Positions 35,319 to 48,364 of a stretch of 64,000 bases of DNA are shown piece by piece. Origin of the DNA: Nemertoderma westbladi (Eukaryota > Animalia > Xenacoelomorpha); the NCBI GenBank assembly GCA_032718475.1, contig JAUCBJ010005969.1, forward strand, positions 1 to 64,000, read 5' to 3'. The position numbers and the translations under genes are program-made. A model generated the notes under the pieces. It had not been told where the DNA came from, made no database searches, and saw only the letters and a list, made by a program, of their open reading frames with translations. How positions within the stretch are numbered: position 1 is the stretch's first letter; every line of letters begins with the position of its first letter.

Positions 35319-35753
35319 ACTTTTACTTTGTTTTTACTTGGAATAGTTCTAGCAGCGATAGGCTGCGCAAAAATCCTATTACAACGGCCGAAGAGCAAGA
35401 ATTAACTTAAAAATAGTTAGCGCAAGTTTAATTATTTTACACATCAAACGATTGAACACACGACGGTCGATGGCCTACTGACGTTATGGGGAATCCAAGT
35501 TTACAGTGAGAGTTTGTGGAATGTACAAATAGACCAACATTGGACGCTGCTTTTTCTAGACTGCTGAGGAGTCTTTGCGCTCTACCCTATGTTAATGTGA
35601 TAAAGAATTTCCTGATCATTGCGGACCTTTTTCGTGGAATGATAAACAACTAAAATGTTTGTTGCCTTTGGCCCCTAAATACTTTTTCTTATATAAAGTA
35701 CAGCCCCACACACCCAGAACGAGAAAAAATATTGCCCTTGATGGTCACTTTTG

Positions 35754-38700
35754 GACCTTCGTCTCATCCCGACCTTCATATCATACCGACCATCGTCTCA
35801 TCCCGACCTTCGTCTCATTCCGACCTTCGTCTCATCCCGACCTTCATATCATACCGACCATCGTCTCATCCCGACCTTCATATCATACCGACCTTCGTCT
35901 CATCCCGACCTTCATCTCATACCGACCTTCGTCTCATCCCGACCTTCATCTCATACCGACCATCGTCTCATCCCGACCTTCATATCATACCGACCTTCGT
36001 CTCATCCCGACCTTCATCTCATACCGACCTTCGTCTCATCCCGACCTTCATCTCATACCGACCTTCGTCTCATCCCGACCTTCATCTCATACCGACCATC
36101 GTCTCATCCCGACCTTCATATCATACCGACCTTCGTCTCATCCCGACCTTCATCTCATACCGACCATCGTCTCATCCCGACCTTCATCTCATACCGACCA
36201 TCGTATCATCCCGACCTTCATCTCATACCGACCTTCGTCTCATCCCGACCTTCATCTCATACCGACCATCGTCTCATCCCGACCTTCATCTCATACCGAC
36301 CATCGTCTCATCCCGACCTTCATCTCATACCGACCTTCGTCTCATCCCGACCTTCATCTCATACCGACCATCGTCTCATCCCGACCTTCGTCTCATCCCG
36401 ACCTTCGTCTCATCCCGACCTTCGTCTCATCCCGACCTTCGTCTCATCCCGACCTTCATATCATACCGACCATGGTCTCATCCCGACCTTCATCTCATAC
36501 CGACCTTCGTCTCATCCCGACCTTCATCTCATACCGACCATCGTCTCATCCCGACCTTCGTCTCATCCCGACCTTCATCTTATCCCGACCTTCATCTCAT
36601 AGCGACCTTCGTCTCATCCCGACCTTCATCTCATACCGACCATCGTCTCATCCCGACCTTCGTCTCATCCCGACCTTCGTCTCATCCCGACCTTCATCTT
36701 ATCCCGGCCTTCATCTCATACCGACCTTCGTCTCATCCCGACCTTCATCTCATACCGACCTTCATCTCATCCCGGCCTTCGTCTCATCCCGACCTTCGTC
36801 TCATCCCGACCTTCGTCTCATCCCGACCTTCATATCATACCGACCATGGTCTCATCCCGACCTTCATATCATACCGACCATGGTCTCATCCCGACCTTCA
36901 TCTCATACCGACCTTCGTCTCATCCCGACCTTCATCTCATACCGACCATCGTCTCATCCCGACCTTCGTCTAATCCCGACCTTCATCTTATCCCGACCTT
37001 CATATCATACCGACCTTCGTCTCATACCGACCTTCGTCTCATCCCGACCTTCGTCTCATCCCGACCTTCATCTCATCCCGGCCTTCATCTCATACCGACC
37101 TTCGTCTCATCCCGATCTTCATCTCATCCCGACCTTCATATCATACCGACCATGGTCTCATCCCGACCTTCATCTCATACCGACCTTCGTCTCATCCCGA
37201 TCTTCATCTCATACCGACCATCGTTTCATAACGACCTTCGTCTCATCCCGACCTTCATCTTATCCCGACCTTCATATCATACCGACCATCGTCTCATCCC
37301 GACCTTCGTCTCATCCCGACCTTCGTCTCATCCCGACCTTCATCTCATACCGACCTTCGTCTCATCCCGACCATCGTTTCATCCAGACCTTAGTCTCATC
37401 CCGACCTTCGTCTCATCCTGACCTTCGTCTCATCCCGATCTTCGTCTCTTCCCGACCTTCGTCTGATCCCGACCTTCGTCTCTTCCCGACCTTCATATCA
37501 TACCGACCTTCGTCTCATCCCGACCTTCGTCTCATCCGGACCTTCGTCTCATCCCGACCTTCGTCTCATCACGACCTTCGTCTCATCCGGACCTTCGTCT
37601 CATCCCGATCTTCGTCTCATCCCGACCTTCGTCTCATCACGACCTTCGTCTCATCCGGACCTTCGTCTCATCCCGACCTTCATCTCATACCGACCTTCGT
37701 CTCATCCCGACCATCGTTTCATCCAGACCTTAGTCTCATCCCGACCTTCGTCTCATCCTGACCTTCGTCTCATCCCGATCTTCGTCTCTTCCCGATCTTC
37801 GTCTGATCCCGACCTTCGTCTCTTCCCGACCTTCATATCATACCGACCTTCGTCTCATCCTGACCTTCGTCTCATCCGGACCTTCGTCTCATCCCGACCT
37901 TCGTCTCATCACGACCTTCATCTCATACCGACCTTTGTCTCATCCCGACCTTCATCTCATACCGACCATCGTCTCATCCCGAGCTTCGTCTCATCCCGAC
38001 CTTCATCTAATCCCGACCTTCATATCATACCGACTATCCCGACCTTCGTCTCATCCCGACCTTCGTTTCATCCGGACCTTCGTCTCATCCCGACCTTCGC
38101 CTCATCCCGACCTTCGTCTCACCCCGACCTTCGTCTCATCCCGACCTTCGTTTCATCCGGACCTTCGTCTCATCCCGACATTCGTCTCATCCTGACCTTC
38201 GTCTCATCCCGACCTTCGTCTCATCCCGACCTTCATCTCATCCCGGCCTTCATCTCATACCGACCTTCGTCTCATACCGACCTTCGTCTCATCCCGATCT
38301 TCATCTCATACCGACCTTCATCTCATACCGACCATGGTCTCATCCCGACCTTCATCTCATACCGACCTTCGTCTCATCCCGATCTTCATCTCATACCGAC
38401 CATCGTTTCATCCCGACCTTCGTCTCATCCCGACCTTCATCTTATCCCGACCTTCATATCATACCGACCATCGTCTCATCTCGACCTTCGTCTCATCCCG
38501 ACCTTCGTCTCATCCCGACCTTCATCTCATACCGACCTTCGTCTCATCCCGACCATCGTTTCATCCAGACCTTAGTCTCATCCCGACCTTCGTCTCATCC
38601 TGACCTTCGTCTCATCCCGATCTTCGTCTCTTCCCGACCTTCGTCTGATCCCGACCTTCGTCTCTTCCCGACCTTCATATCATACCGACCTTCGTCTCAT

Positions 38701-39745
38701 CCCGACCTTCGTCTCATCCGGACCTTCGTCTCATCCCGACCTTCGTCTCATCACGACCTTCGTCTCATCCGGACCTTCGTCTCATCCCGATCTTCGTCTC
38801 ATCCCGACCTTCGTCTCATCACGACCTTCGTCTCATCCGGACCCTCGTCTCATCCCGACCTTCATCTCATACCGACCTTCGTCTCATCCCGACCATCGTT
38901 TCATCCAGACCTTAGTCTCATCCCGACCTTCGTCTCATCCTGACCTTCGTCTCATCCCGATCTTCGTCTCTTCCCGATCTTCGTCTGATCCCGACCTTCG
39001 TCTCTTCCCGACCTTCATATCATACCGACCTTCGTCTCATCCCGACCTTCGTCTCATCCGGACCTTCGTCTCATCCCGACCTTCGTCTCATCACGACCTT
39101 CATCTCATACCGACCTTCGTCTCATCCCGACCTTCATCTCATACCGACCATCGTCTCATCCCGAGCTTCGTCTCATCCCGACCTTCATCTAATCCCGACC
39201 TTCATATCATACCGACTATCCCGACCTTCGTCTCATCCCGACCTTCGTTTCATCCGGACCTTCGTCTCATCCCGACCTTCGCCTCATCCCGACCTTCGTC
39301 TCACCCCGACCTTCGTCTCATCCCGACCTTCGTTTCATCCGGACCTTCGTCTCATCCCGACATTCGTCTCATCCTGACCTTCGTCTCATCCGGACCTTCG
39401 TCTCATCCCGACCTTCGTCTCATCCCGACCTTCGTCTCATCCAGACCTTTGTCTCATCCCGACCTTCGTCTCATCCCACCTTCATCTCATCCCGACCTTA
39501 GTCGAATCCCAACCTTCGTCTCATCCGGACCTTCGTCTCTTCCCGACCGTCGTCTCATCCGGACCTTCGTCTCATCCCGACCTTCGTCTCATCCCGACCT
39601 TCGTCTCAACCCGACCTTCGTCTCATCCCAACCTTCGTCTCACCCCACCCTTCGTCTCATCCCGACCTTCGTCTCATCCGGACTTTCGTATCATCACGAC
39701 CTACGTCTCATCCCGACCTTCGTCTCATTCCGACCTTCGTCTCAT
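35754..39745. repeat. 17-bp satellite (CCGACCTTCGTCTCATC)n, array 2, about 235 units
   Basis: Directly visible; more degenerate toward the 3' end. Confidence 0.97.
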
Positions 39746-40156
39746 GAATATGCCTCGCACAGTTTACAAGTGAAGACTTATCTGTATACCTGAATATACC
39801 TACCTATGGTGGGTTGGAAGATGGTAATTTTAAAATATGGAAATATGGATGTAAATGTGGATTGTGGGGAGTTGGAAAGTGGATGGGAATGTGGGAAAGT
39901 GGGTGGGAATGTGACAGGTTGACAATTGTAGGGTAATGTTGGAAGTTGTGGGAAGGTGAATGGGAATGCTGGGAAGATTGGTTGGAATTAATTGAGTTGA
40001 ACGTGGGGCGTATTCATAATTATACCCGGACAAATTAAGTTTAATTCATTAATTAGGGTCAATCACCGGTACATGTATGTATGTGCTTTGTATGTGCTAT
40101 TTACCTGCTTACCGTTATCTCTGAAATATTATATTTGTGCCAGTTTGATTTTCCAC

Positions 40157-40436
40157 GGCCCATGTGAAGAATACCAGACTTTCTGCCGTTATATTTCACT
40201 TTGCAGTTACCCCCATGTGAAGAATACCAGGTTTTCACCAAAACCACAGGTTACAGAAGGGCTGAATCTAACCAAAACAATAAACGAATTAGTATATGTA
40301 CAGGTTATAAGACAGAAATAAGCGCTATAAAACACTTAATAAAGATAAATTAAAAAAAAAATAAAAAATCTTCATATATAAAATTCCAATAAAAAGTCGA
40401 CCGAAAAGTGAAATCCTGGTATTCTTCACATGTGCG
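40157..40436. mobile_element. Small MITE-like element
   Basis: CCATGTGAAGAATACCAG at about 40160 and 40213; inverted CCTGGTATTCTTCACATG at 40415-40432. Confidence 0.5.
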
Positions 40437-42579
40437 TTTTCCACTATTCTATGAATAGGAAATTATTTTAACCAATTTTTAAATAATGCTTTATATTTTA
40501 CTCTTTTAATTAATTAATAAACCGCTGAAGATGCCCGGGAGGTTGAAATGTGCGGTGTAATAAACCTTTTTATACAGCCACGCGGTGAATGACTCTTACT
40601 TTAACTTAATTTATCAGGGAAGATTGGTGGGAATGTGGGAAGATGGATGACATTTTAAGGAAATTTTACCTCGTGTTGCAAGATTATACAGGTAAGTTAC
40701 AGTGTCAGGTGAATGGAACATCAATAAACGATATCGTCTTTAACAATTGAAGGAAAGGGGCAGGTTGCAGAGGCGCCGGTTTTTTTACCCAAATAATAAA
40801 TATTTCGTTAAAAATAGAGGGAATGGCACAGATATTAAATAGACGGGGTTTTATAACCAAATCATTCAAAGCAATATTCCATGTTGCTATTTAACAATAG
40901 TAGGATAGGAGCAGTTTTCAGAGGTGGCCTTGTTTAACGGTATCCAGCAAGTCCATACGACTACGAAGCGTATGTGAGCCATGTAGTGGCGTAATCATAT
41001 CACAAAATTTCCACCTTCCCACTTTCCAATCCATTTTACCACATTCCAATCTTCCTACATTCCCATTTTTCCTTTTCTTAGAAGAAGATTCTAGAACTAG
41101 GTTGCAACTTCATTAGTGTTGGTATTATCATTTCCAAACCAGATTTAACAGCATTATGAACTTGTAATCCGTGTACCAGGAGTAAGTCGATCATCGCTTA
41201 CCATGCGACATCCCCTATCTAGTCCCCGCCGCGTCATCAAAGTCATGTCACATCAACTAATAAACTTGATTGAAAATAAATAATGCATAGACTCTTGAGA
41301 TTCAGCTTATTACCTAAATATAAACCAGCTAAAAGGAATTATTCAGTAATTCGGTATTTTTATAGCAACCTGCTCTAAAGCAGCTGTCAGCCAGGTATTT
41401 ACACATGCGGATAAAATAACTGAATGTCTGGGAAACTGGTGTTGTACCAAATACCATCCTTCTGAGACATTGCCCCCTTGCCCCAGACTCGACTCCTAAA
41501 TAGACTGCAACTGAAGCTCTCCCTGGCGTCTGTGCTCTACATGGCTGCCATATACATATAAAATCCATATAGGCCTACACGACTTTCTACATGGAAAATA
41601 TTCTACTCTAAATAGATAAATGGATATAGTACTCAACCATTATAATTCTCATATCAGATTAAAGTTGTCTTTATATAGAAATACTGTTAAAAAGTGAAAT
41701 AATTGATTGAACGCTCTGATTAAAGTTTCTTGTCATATTCATTCTTAGTTTTTAATTTATTTTTTTTTTAGTAATACGTCGGAGAACGTAGTAGTACGTT
41801 ATTGGTAGTGGTTTTATTTTTTTCTGTTTTAAGTGATTCAGCGTTTGATGGAAGAACTTTCTGGCTATTAATTCAACACCACTCCATCAGCACTCTACAC
41901 TACATAATGGAATAATAACATTTGGAGTCGCCTTACTTTTACTTTTCGTTTATGCTCACTCTTGGTTATACCACCATCAATTTGCTCGATGTTGTTGAAA
42001 GTATTATTTTTTAGGCGAAAACAGTAAAATGTGACTCTAATTCATTTATTTTTATCATAAAATGATTCTTGGTGCCCCGGTATAACTATTTCCAACTGAA
42101 ACTGTACCGTTTATTGTACAATGAAAACTCAATTAATGTCTGTTCTTTTTTTCAAATTGCGTAAACCGCGATTATTTTTCAGGGATATTCTTAATTTTTC
42201 TTTTAAAAATTAACTATCTCAGCTTTTTAGCATATTTTTACTAAATGGATAATTAACAGACAGTAAAGTAGTAAGTAGTATGTTACCGGTACATAACTTT
42301 CAAATTATTTAGCTCTTTTTCAATTTGTTAAATTTCACCTCAGACAGTCAAGATTTAAAAATAGAGCGGAAGAAAATAGATATCAAATAACAAATATCAA
42401 TAAATGACATTTTGCTGGTGGTATTACAGTTGAAGAGCATTCATTGTATGTGTAACTTAACTTGTTATTTGTATCGCTTACAAGTTGGTCGTAATGACAT
42501 CGCCTTCTGAGGCCCATGGTGGTTCTAGGCGATCGCCAAGGTCTGGATCCATCCGTAAGATGTGTAAGTTACGATATCC

Positions 42580-43270
42580 AACTACTACTATACTATCGGC
42601 ATGCTGCATTACAGCTGCGTTATATATATATATTACATATATATTAAGAGTGCTGTATGGCTGCTTGTCGACAAATTGCGCCGCCACATCTCCATCACAC
42701 ATGAAAGGCGGTCACGAGCTGTCCACCATACTTATTCACTCCATGATGCCCCCAAAGCACACGATTATGTACTGGTTGATCCTCACTACGAAAGCAATGT
42801 CCTACAAAGCGGATGCGGCTCCTTTCAAGTGTCAAGCTAAAGGAGACCAGTGAAACATCTCCATGTTGTATAAAGTCTGATTGGAGATGTGTTCATTGTA
42901 CTTGACACAATGAACCCGGCGCAGCATTCTTGTATAAACGAACCTTTCGAAACTTTCCAAGATTCGGTTTTATTCTATGGGACTTACAAATCCTGTCATA
43001 ATTTTTGTCTTTTTGGAGCACTCAAAAAGAGCAACACTAGAAGCAACCTGCTCCAATAAGCTGAAGAGCCTTTGGGCTCCCTCTAGTGATTCTCCGTATC
43101 CATAAGTCATCAGCAAAGTCTAGATCAGTAAGGTACTTTGCTGGATTTCCTCTACATCTTGTGCCAGTAGGGGGTGTTGCCAACACTCCATCTTGATTAA
43201 GATTGTTTAAGGAAATGAGTAGAAAATAAAATAATCAACCACAATTATGAGTAAGAATGGTGCAAGAGTG
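42580..43270 (-). mobile_element. Decayed RTE-like LINE fragments
   Basis: Homologous to 60291-61250 (e.g. tacttgacacaatgaacccggcg, agtcatcagcaaagtctagatcagt = DLDFADD). 3' end GCAGCTGTAATGCAGCATGCCGAT followed by a (TAG)n-like tail. Confidence 0.85.
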
Positions 43271-43881
43271 ACTGAGTGAAGACCTCGAATGGATATCGAT
43301 ATCAAAGATCAAGGTTGATCTTAAGTTGACCCAAATCAAAATATGGGTTAATCAGTAGTTTAACTAGGTTTTTACCAAGATCAAGGTTGATCAATAGTTT
43401 AATTTGTCCTTCACCAAGATCAGTATTGATCAGTAGTTTATGTTGGCCTTCACCATTTATCTATACTCAGCTTGCTGTATTGCAGCTGAATATAACACCA
43501 CCCAACTCCCCCCCCCCCCCCCCCATCACTCATAAATTTCACGAGATATCCACAACTACAATGCCAGTGTCCTTTATGAGGCATCTCAAGAAAGTCATGG
43601 GCTGGCCACCCCATGCTTACAGTATTATCTCCATGAGGCCAGCAGTAGTGGGTTGGTCATCACTGCAAAAGCAGTTCCCTGCCAAATTCAGGGTTGATCA
43701 GAAGTAGAAGTCGGTCTTCATAAATATTTTTGCATCAATTAGTAAGTTAGCGTAGTAAAGTTAACAATAAGTACGTGGGTTAAATGTGCAGAACGTTTAT
43801 TGAGATAAATCTCCCTATACATAATAAATATAATCTATTTTTCAGATCGTTTTTGTCACAACAGATTTATTTATTTTTCAG

Positions 43882-44077
43882 CTGGAGATCAGAGCATGGT
43901 GGGCGCGGAGGCCCCAACTTTCCTGGAGCCAATCAAGAAGGTTTACACGACCGATGGAGGCAAGGCTACGTTCGAGGCTGTCGCGGTAGGGAAGCCCCAG
44001 CCACAGATAGCCTGGTACCGTCAGAGCACCCTGATACAGCCGTCGCACGAGTTCGTCATGACTCAGGAGGGAAACAG
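43882..44077 (+). CDS. Titin-like exon (PGDQSMVGAEAPTFLEPIKK...GKPQPQIAWYRQ...QEGNR)
   Basis: Acceptor ttatttttcag|CT, donor AG|gtcagt; phase 1 to 2. Confidence 0.88.
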
Positions 44078-44291
44078 GTCAGTTAAACGAGACGCTGATT
44101 TTTACAAGAACCGGTAACAACTTGAAAAGTTCTAGAAAATGCCAAATATGAATATGAACAATTATTGTATATACATTATTACTTATCCTGAAATTAAGTT
44201 AATATATCGTAATACAATTGTACATATACACCCATCTTTTATGGTGGTGAAAGTGGTTCACAATATGGGTGTCTTTATACACACACACACT

Positions 44292-44736
44292 CAGTGATGT
44301 TCAACTTTTTTTTGGGTGACTAGTTAACTAAATAGTTAAACTAAATCGAGAAACACAGTTTAACTAATAGTTAACTAAAATTTCAACTATTTTGAATATG
44401 CATAGTTAACTAATTAACTAAAAAGATTCAAAAACGATTTCCAAGTAAAAAGATTTAACTTCAAAAAAAGGTTTAGTGGCTGCTTAGCAGTACTGAAACA
44501 AGCCGTTCCGTACAGAAATATTTATCCAAAAAAAGCGGGAAATATAAATTCAACGGAATCAACAATCAAAGTCGAACAATCAAACTATCACACAATTTAG
44601 TTAAAATTTTAGTTGAAATTTCAACTAAATTATATAAAAAACCACACTAACTAATAAATTTTGGTGCACTAGTTAACAATACTCCAACTAACTAAATATG
44701 CTCAAATACCAGTTTAACTATAGTTGAACATCACTG
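44292..44736. mobile_element. hAT-type MITE
   Basis: Perfect 15-bp TIR CAGTGATGTTCAACT / AGTTGAACATCACTG; 8-bp TSD CACACACT / CACAGACT (7/8); internal TTAACTA subrepeats. Confidence 0.88.
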
Positions 44737-44850
44737 CACAGACTTACAGGTGCAGAAGTGCAATATTCTAAGTTCGTATCTTGATAAACTGCATATAAAT
44801 GAGTTTTGTTGGTTAATAATATATCCAAATGGCATTGTTTTATATTTTAG

Positions 44851-44979
44851 GGCAACATTTACCATTAAAGATGCGTTTCCTGAGGATAGCGGTCAGTACA
44901 CCTGTGTTGCTAAGAACGTCGCCGGGACTACATCCTGCACATCTGAGTTAATAGTCGAAGAAAAATCATCAACACAAAA
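44851..44979 (+). CDS. Titin-like exon (ATFTIKDAFPEDSGQYTCVAKNVAG...)
   Basis: Acceptor tattttag|G, donor AA|gtaagt; phase 2 to 2. Confidence 0.92.
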
Positions 44980-45246
44980 GTAAGTAATTTTTCAAAAAAT
45001 TTTAATTAATTAAAAATTTAAGAATTACCGCGTCATTTTATCTACTAACGTTGTAGCGTTAAATCGAGTTTCTGTTTCCAGGACAACGAGTGCAATGCCC
45101 AATTATCATAGCAATCATTGTCATAATTTTTTGGTCTAATCAATCATAACACAACATGTCTTTCGGGTTGTTGGAGGTGTCAACTCACTGCCAATTTTTA
45201 TCGTGGTTTTATAATTAATTTAATTGGTGTTTGTATATTCTCGTAG

Positions 45247-45407
45247 AAGCACAAAAGAAGAAGATGGAGGAATTAAACCAACCTTTCAACAGTTCCCTAA
45301 ACCAATACAAATTAAGGAAGGGGAGCCTTTACATATAGAAGCTCGTTTATTGGCCAATCCTCGGCCTAGAATTCTCTGGCATAAGGACGGGGGTATGATT
45401 GAAGAAG
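45247..45407 (+). CDS. Titin-like exon (STKEEDGGIKPTFQQFP...ANPRPRILWHKDG)
   Basis: Acceptor tctcgtag|A, donor G|gtgagt; phase 2 to 1. Confidence 0.9.
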
Positions 45408-46016
45408 GTGAGTTATTCATCCCAGTTAATAGTCAAATAGCTGATAGGTTAGACCATCACACGTTGTCTGCGTTTAAGTAATTGCAAGGCAGCCTTTACT
45501 GTTTGTGCTGCAGAACTTAAAATCTTTTATAGTCACACGCCTCGGCCCATTATTAACAAACATAACAGAACCGTGATTGGCGCAAGTTTATCGTGCTGCT
45601 TCCCAGAGTTTAGTTATATCCTCGATCCACCATCGCTTGTTCTTCTCCCTTTGGATCTGTACTATCCTTTCGCTAACATTAGCTTAATGAGAAATCCCTT
45701 CTGGTTTAGCGAAACCTACTGAAGCTGTTATCTGATTGCATGCAATGTCTGGGACGCAAAATAATTCATTTTCATGTTAAATTTGTTTTACTATTAGTAT
45801 TAACAGCTTGTCATTAAATCAAATTTAATTAATTAACTTTCTATAATAGACTAATTTCAACAATCGCCATTTCCAGTAAGTGTAATACCAATACAATCAT
45901 ACTATCATGGGACCCGAGCGAGAAAGTTTCTGGACTAGGCCTACTGTACTATCTATTTAACTTTATAACTAACTTTTGAAACCCAATTTGTAAATGATTT
46001 TTTTTATTTACTTTAG

Positions 46017-46169
46017 ATGAAAGAATAAAAATTAAACAAGAAAACACCAAAAATGACAACGTGATTACCTTAGATAAAGATAAGACTGTAACTGATGACA
46101 GTGGGACTTACAAGATTGTAGCACGCAACAAAGAAGGGGAATCCAGTACTACTGTATCAGTTAAAGTTT
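46017..46169 (+). CDS. Titin-like exon (ERIKIKQE...DDSGTYKIVARNKEGESSTTVSVKV)
   Basis: Acceptor tactttag|AT, donor T|gtaagt; phase 1 to 1. Confidence 0.9.
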
Positions 46170-46360
46170 GTAAGTACCAATCATATTTATTTACTAGGCC
46201 TACTCCTACATGGATTGCAGATTATATAACTGTATGGCAAAATAAATTATATCATTAAAATATGATTCTTAACACTTACTAACTAAAAGTATCATTCCAA
46301 CATTATTTGTCAAGTCTATTCACTTGATGCCTATTTGTTAATTAGTTTTCAAAGCTCTAT

Positions 46361-46889
46361 TGTGACGGGATCTACGGATCCCGGTTTATCCGTTGGGTTT
46401 TCTATCCACGCGTCCCCGCCGTGTGTGAAAGGTAAAAGAGTTCTGATGTTGGGTAATATGTATAAAGGTATAATAGTCTGACAGTTGATATAGTATAGTA
46501 TGACACAACAGGTAATATATAATGGCGGTAGCGGACGGTGACAGAAGTCCCCGTTCCACCCTACTGATCTGACTGAGTAAACTGAATGAATGATTACAGG
46601 TTACTGGTTATATTGCACGGTGGCCTTATTGCTACTCAATCGATGCCTTTCCCCCCTCTGATTGGTTGATACCCCTGTTGGCACCCTTTGGAGTGTTTCC
46701 CTTCACTCCCTGTGTTCTCTCTCGGTTAGGGGTTTGGCCCCTGACCCTTATTGTGTGTGTCTCCTTTGGGGCCTATTGTCCCCGTTTACTGGGCTGACAC
46801 GAGGTTGATTGGTAATCAACCTCGTGCTCCCAATATTGCTTTATGGCTCACTCTATGGGTTTGTGTTAGCGGAATTGGATAAGCTAACA
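46361..46889 (-). repeat. 3' LTR of element 2
   Basis: Direct repeat of 53168-53696. Confidence 0.95.
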
Positions 46890-47369
46890 CTCCCCCCCAT
46901 GCTATCTTCCCGGTAAGAAGATAGCATCCAACTAAAGTGCGCTACAATTCCGCTGGAACTCGATCTATTATCGGGTCTGGGGTGGGGTTATTTTCTTGGA
47001 GTCGGCTTTCCAGGCCGCTCCCTATGGGTATGATGTCACTACCCTCTGGCGTCTCGTGTCGGGCCGATCGTGCGCTTCTCTCACACAATTTTTGTTTCCC
47101 CAACACTCTCGCCACTCTAACTTCGCTCTCTAACTCAACTCGCTCTCTCCCCACTCTTACACTCTCCCCACACCTGAATCGCACTCTAACTTCTCGCCAA
47201 CAGCTCTTCTCACTATCTCCTCTCTACTCTCTGCCACTCCCTAAGGCCCTAATCTCTAATGCTACCCCTGTGCTATCATACTATCTACCTTATCTAACTT
47301 ACTAACTCTAACTATCTAACTCTACTAACTACTAACTCTACTCTCTGCTAAGTCTACTAACTCTTACCA

Positions 47370-48200
47370 ACTCTTCTACTACGTGGCGCTTAGGGTGCCC
47401 ACAACCCTCTGCTACTACCTCCATCTACGTGGCGCTTGCGGTGCCCACAACCACTCTACTACTAACTCTAACTAAAAACCCTCTAACTTTCTGCTAACTC
47501 TATCTACGTGGCGCTAACGGTGCCCACAACCACAACCGGTACTACGTACCCTCTTACTAACTCTTTTCTCCATCTACGTGGCGCTAACGGTGCCCACAAC
47601 CACAACCGGTACTATGTACCCTCTTACTAACTCTACCTCCATCTACGTGGCGCTAACGGTGCCCACAACCACAACTGGTACTACGTACCCTCTTACTAAC
47701 TCTACCTCCATCTACATGGCGCTAACGGTGCCCACAACCACTCTACTATCTACCCTCTACTACTCTACTACCTGGCACCCTATGTGCCCTCTCTACTACT
47801 CTACTCTCTGGCACCCTATGTGCCCTCTCTACTACCTCTAACACTACTACCTGGCACCCTATGTGCCCTCTCTACTACCTCTAACACTCTAACTACATCT
47901 CCACCTCAACTAATACCTCTATCTACGTGGCGCTTGCGGTGCCCACAACCACTCCCTGCTACTACTTTCTACGTGGCGCTTCCGGTGCCCACAACCACTC
48001 TCTCCTACTACTTTCTACGTGGCGCTTCCGGTGCCCACGACCCCCCTTACTACTCGTGGCATGACAATATGCCAGACTCCCTTACCCCGCCGCCTTCTAA
48101 CCTACTCTCCTTCTACGTGGCGCTTACGGTGCCCACAACCCCACTACTACTACTCGTGGCATGACAATATGCCACACTCCCTTGCCCCGCCGCCTTCTAA
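47370..48200. repeat. Dispersed and tandem repeats in the element 2 3' non-coding region
   Basis: About 10 copies of CTACGTGGCGCT(A/T)(A/G/C)CGGTGCCCACAACC separated by CTA-rich spacers, plus three CTGGCACCCTATGTGCCCTCT copies. Confidence 0.85.
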
Positions 48201-48364
48201 CTCTACTCTCCTATCTTCGTACTACCTCTTACTTCTACTAACTATTATTTTTAATTATTTAATTATTTATTATTATTTATTTTATTTTTAATTAAATAAT
48301 TAATTTCTTGTGGGAAGGGCGTCTCGCCCTCATTCCCACCCCCCTCAGTCCAAATATTGGACGA

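Noticed and set aside
32410-39793. Long ORFs (IPTFVSSRPSSHPDLRL...) over the 17-bp arrays
   Set aside because: The same peptide appears in all three frames because the unit lacks stop codons; no splice or domain support.
39800-41075. GTGGGAA-rich tract (39800-39990) and complementary TTCCCAC-rich tract (41005-41075) as element termini
   Set aside because: Only compositional complementarity; no definable TIR ends or TSD.
47370-48200. CRISPR-like repeat-spacer pattern
   Set aside because: Spacers are low-complexity, related to each other and uneven in length, and lie inside an LTR element.
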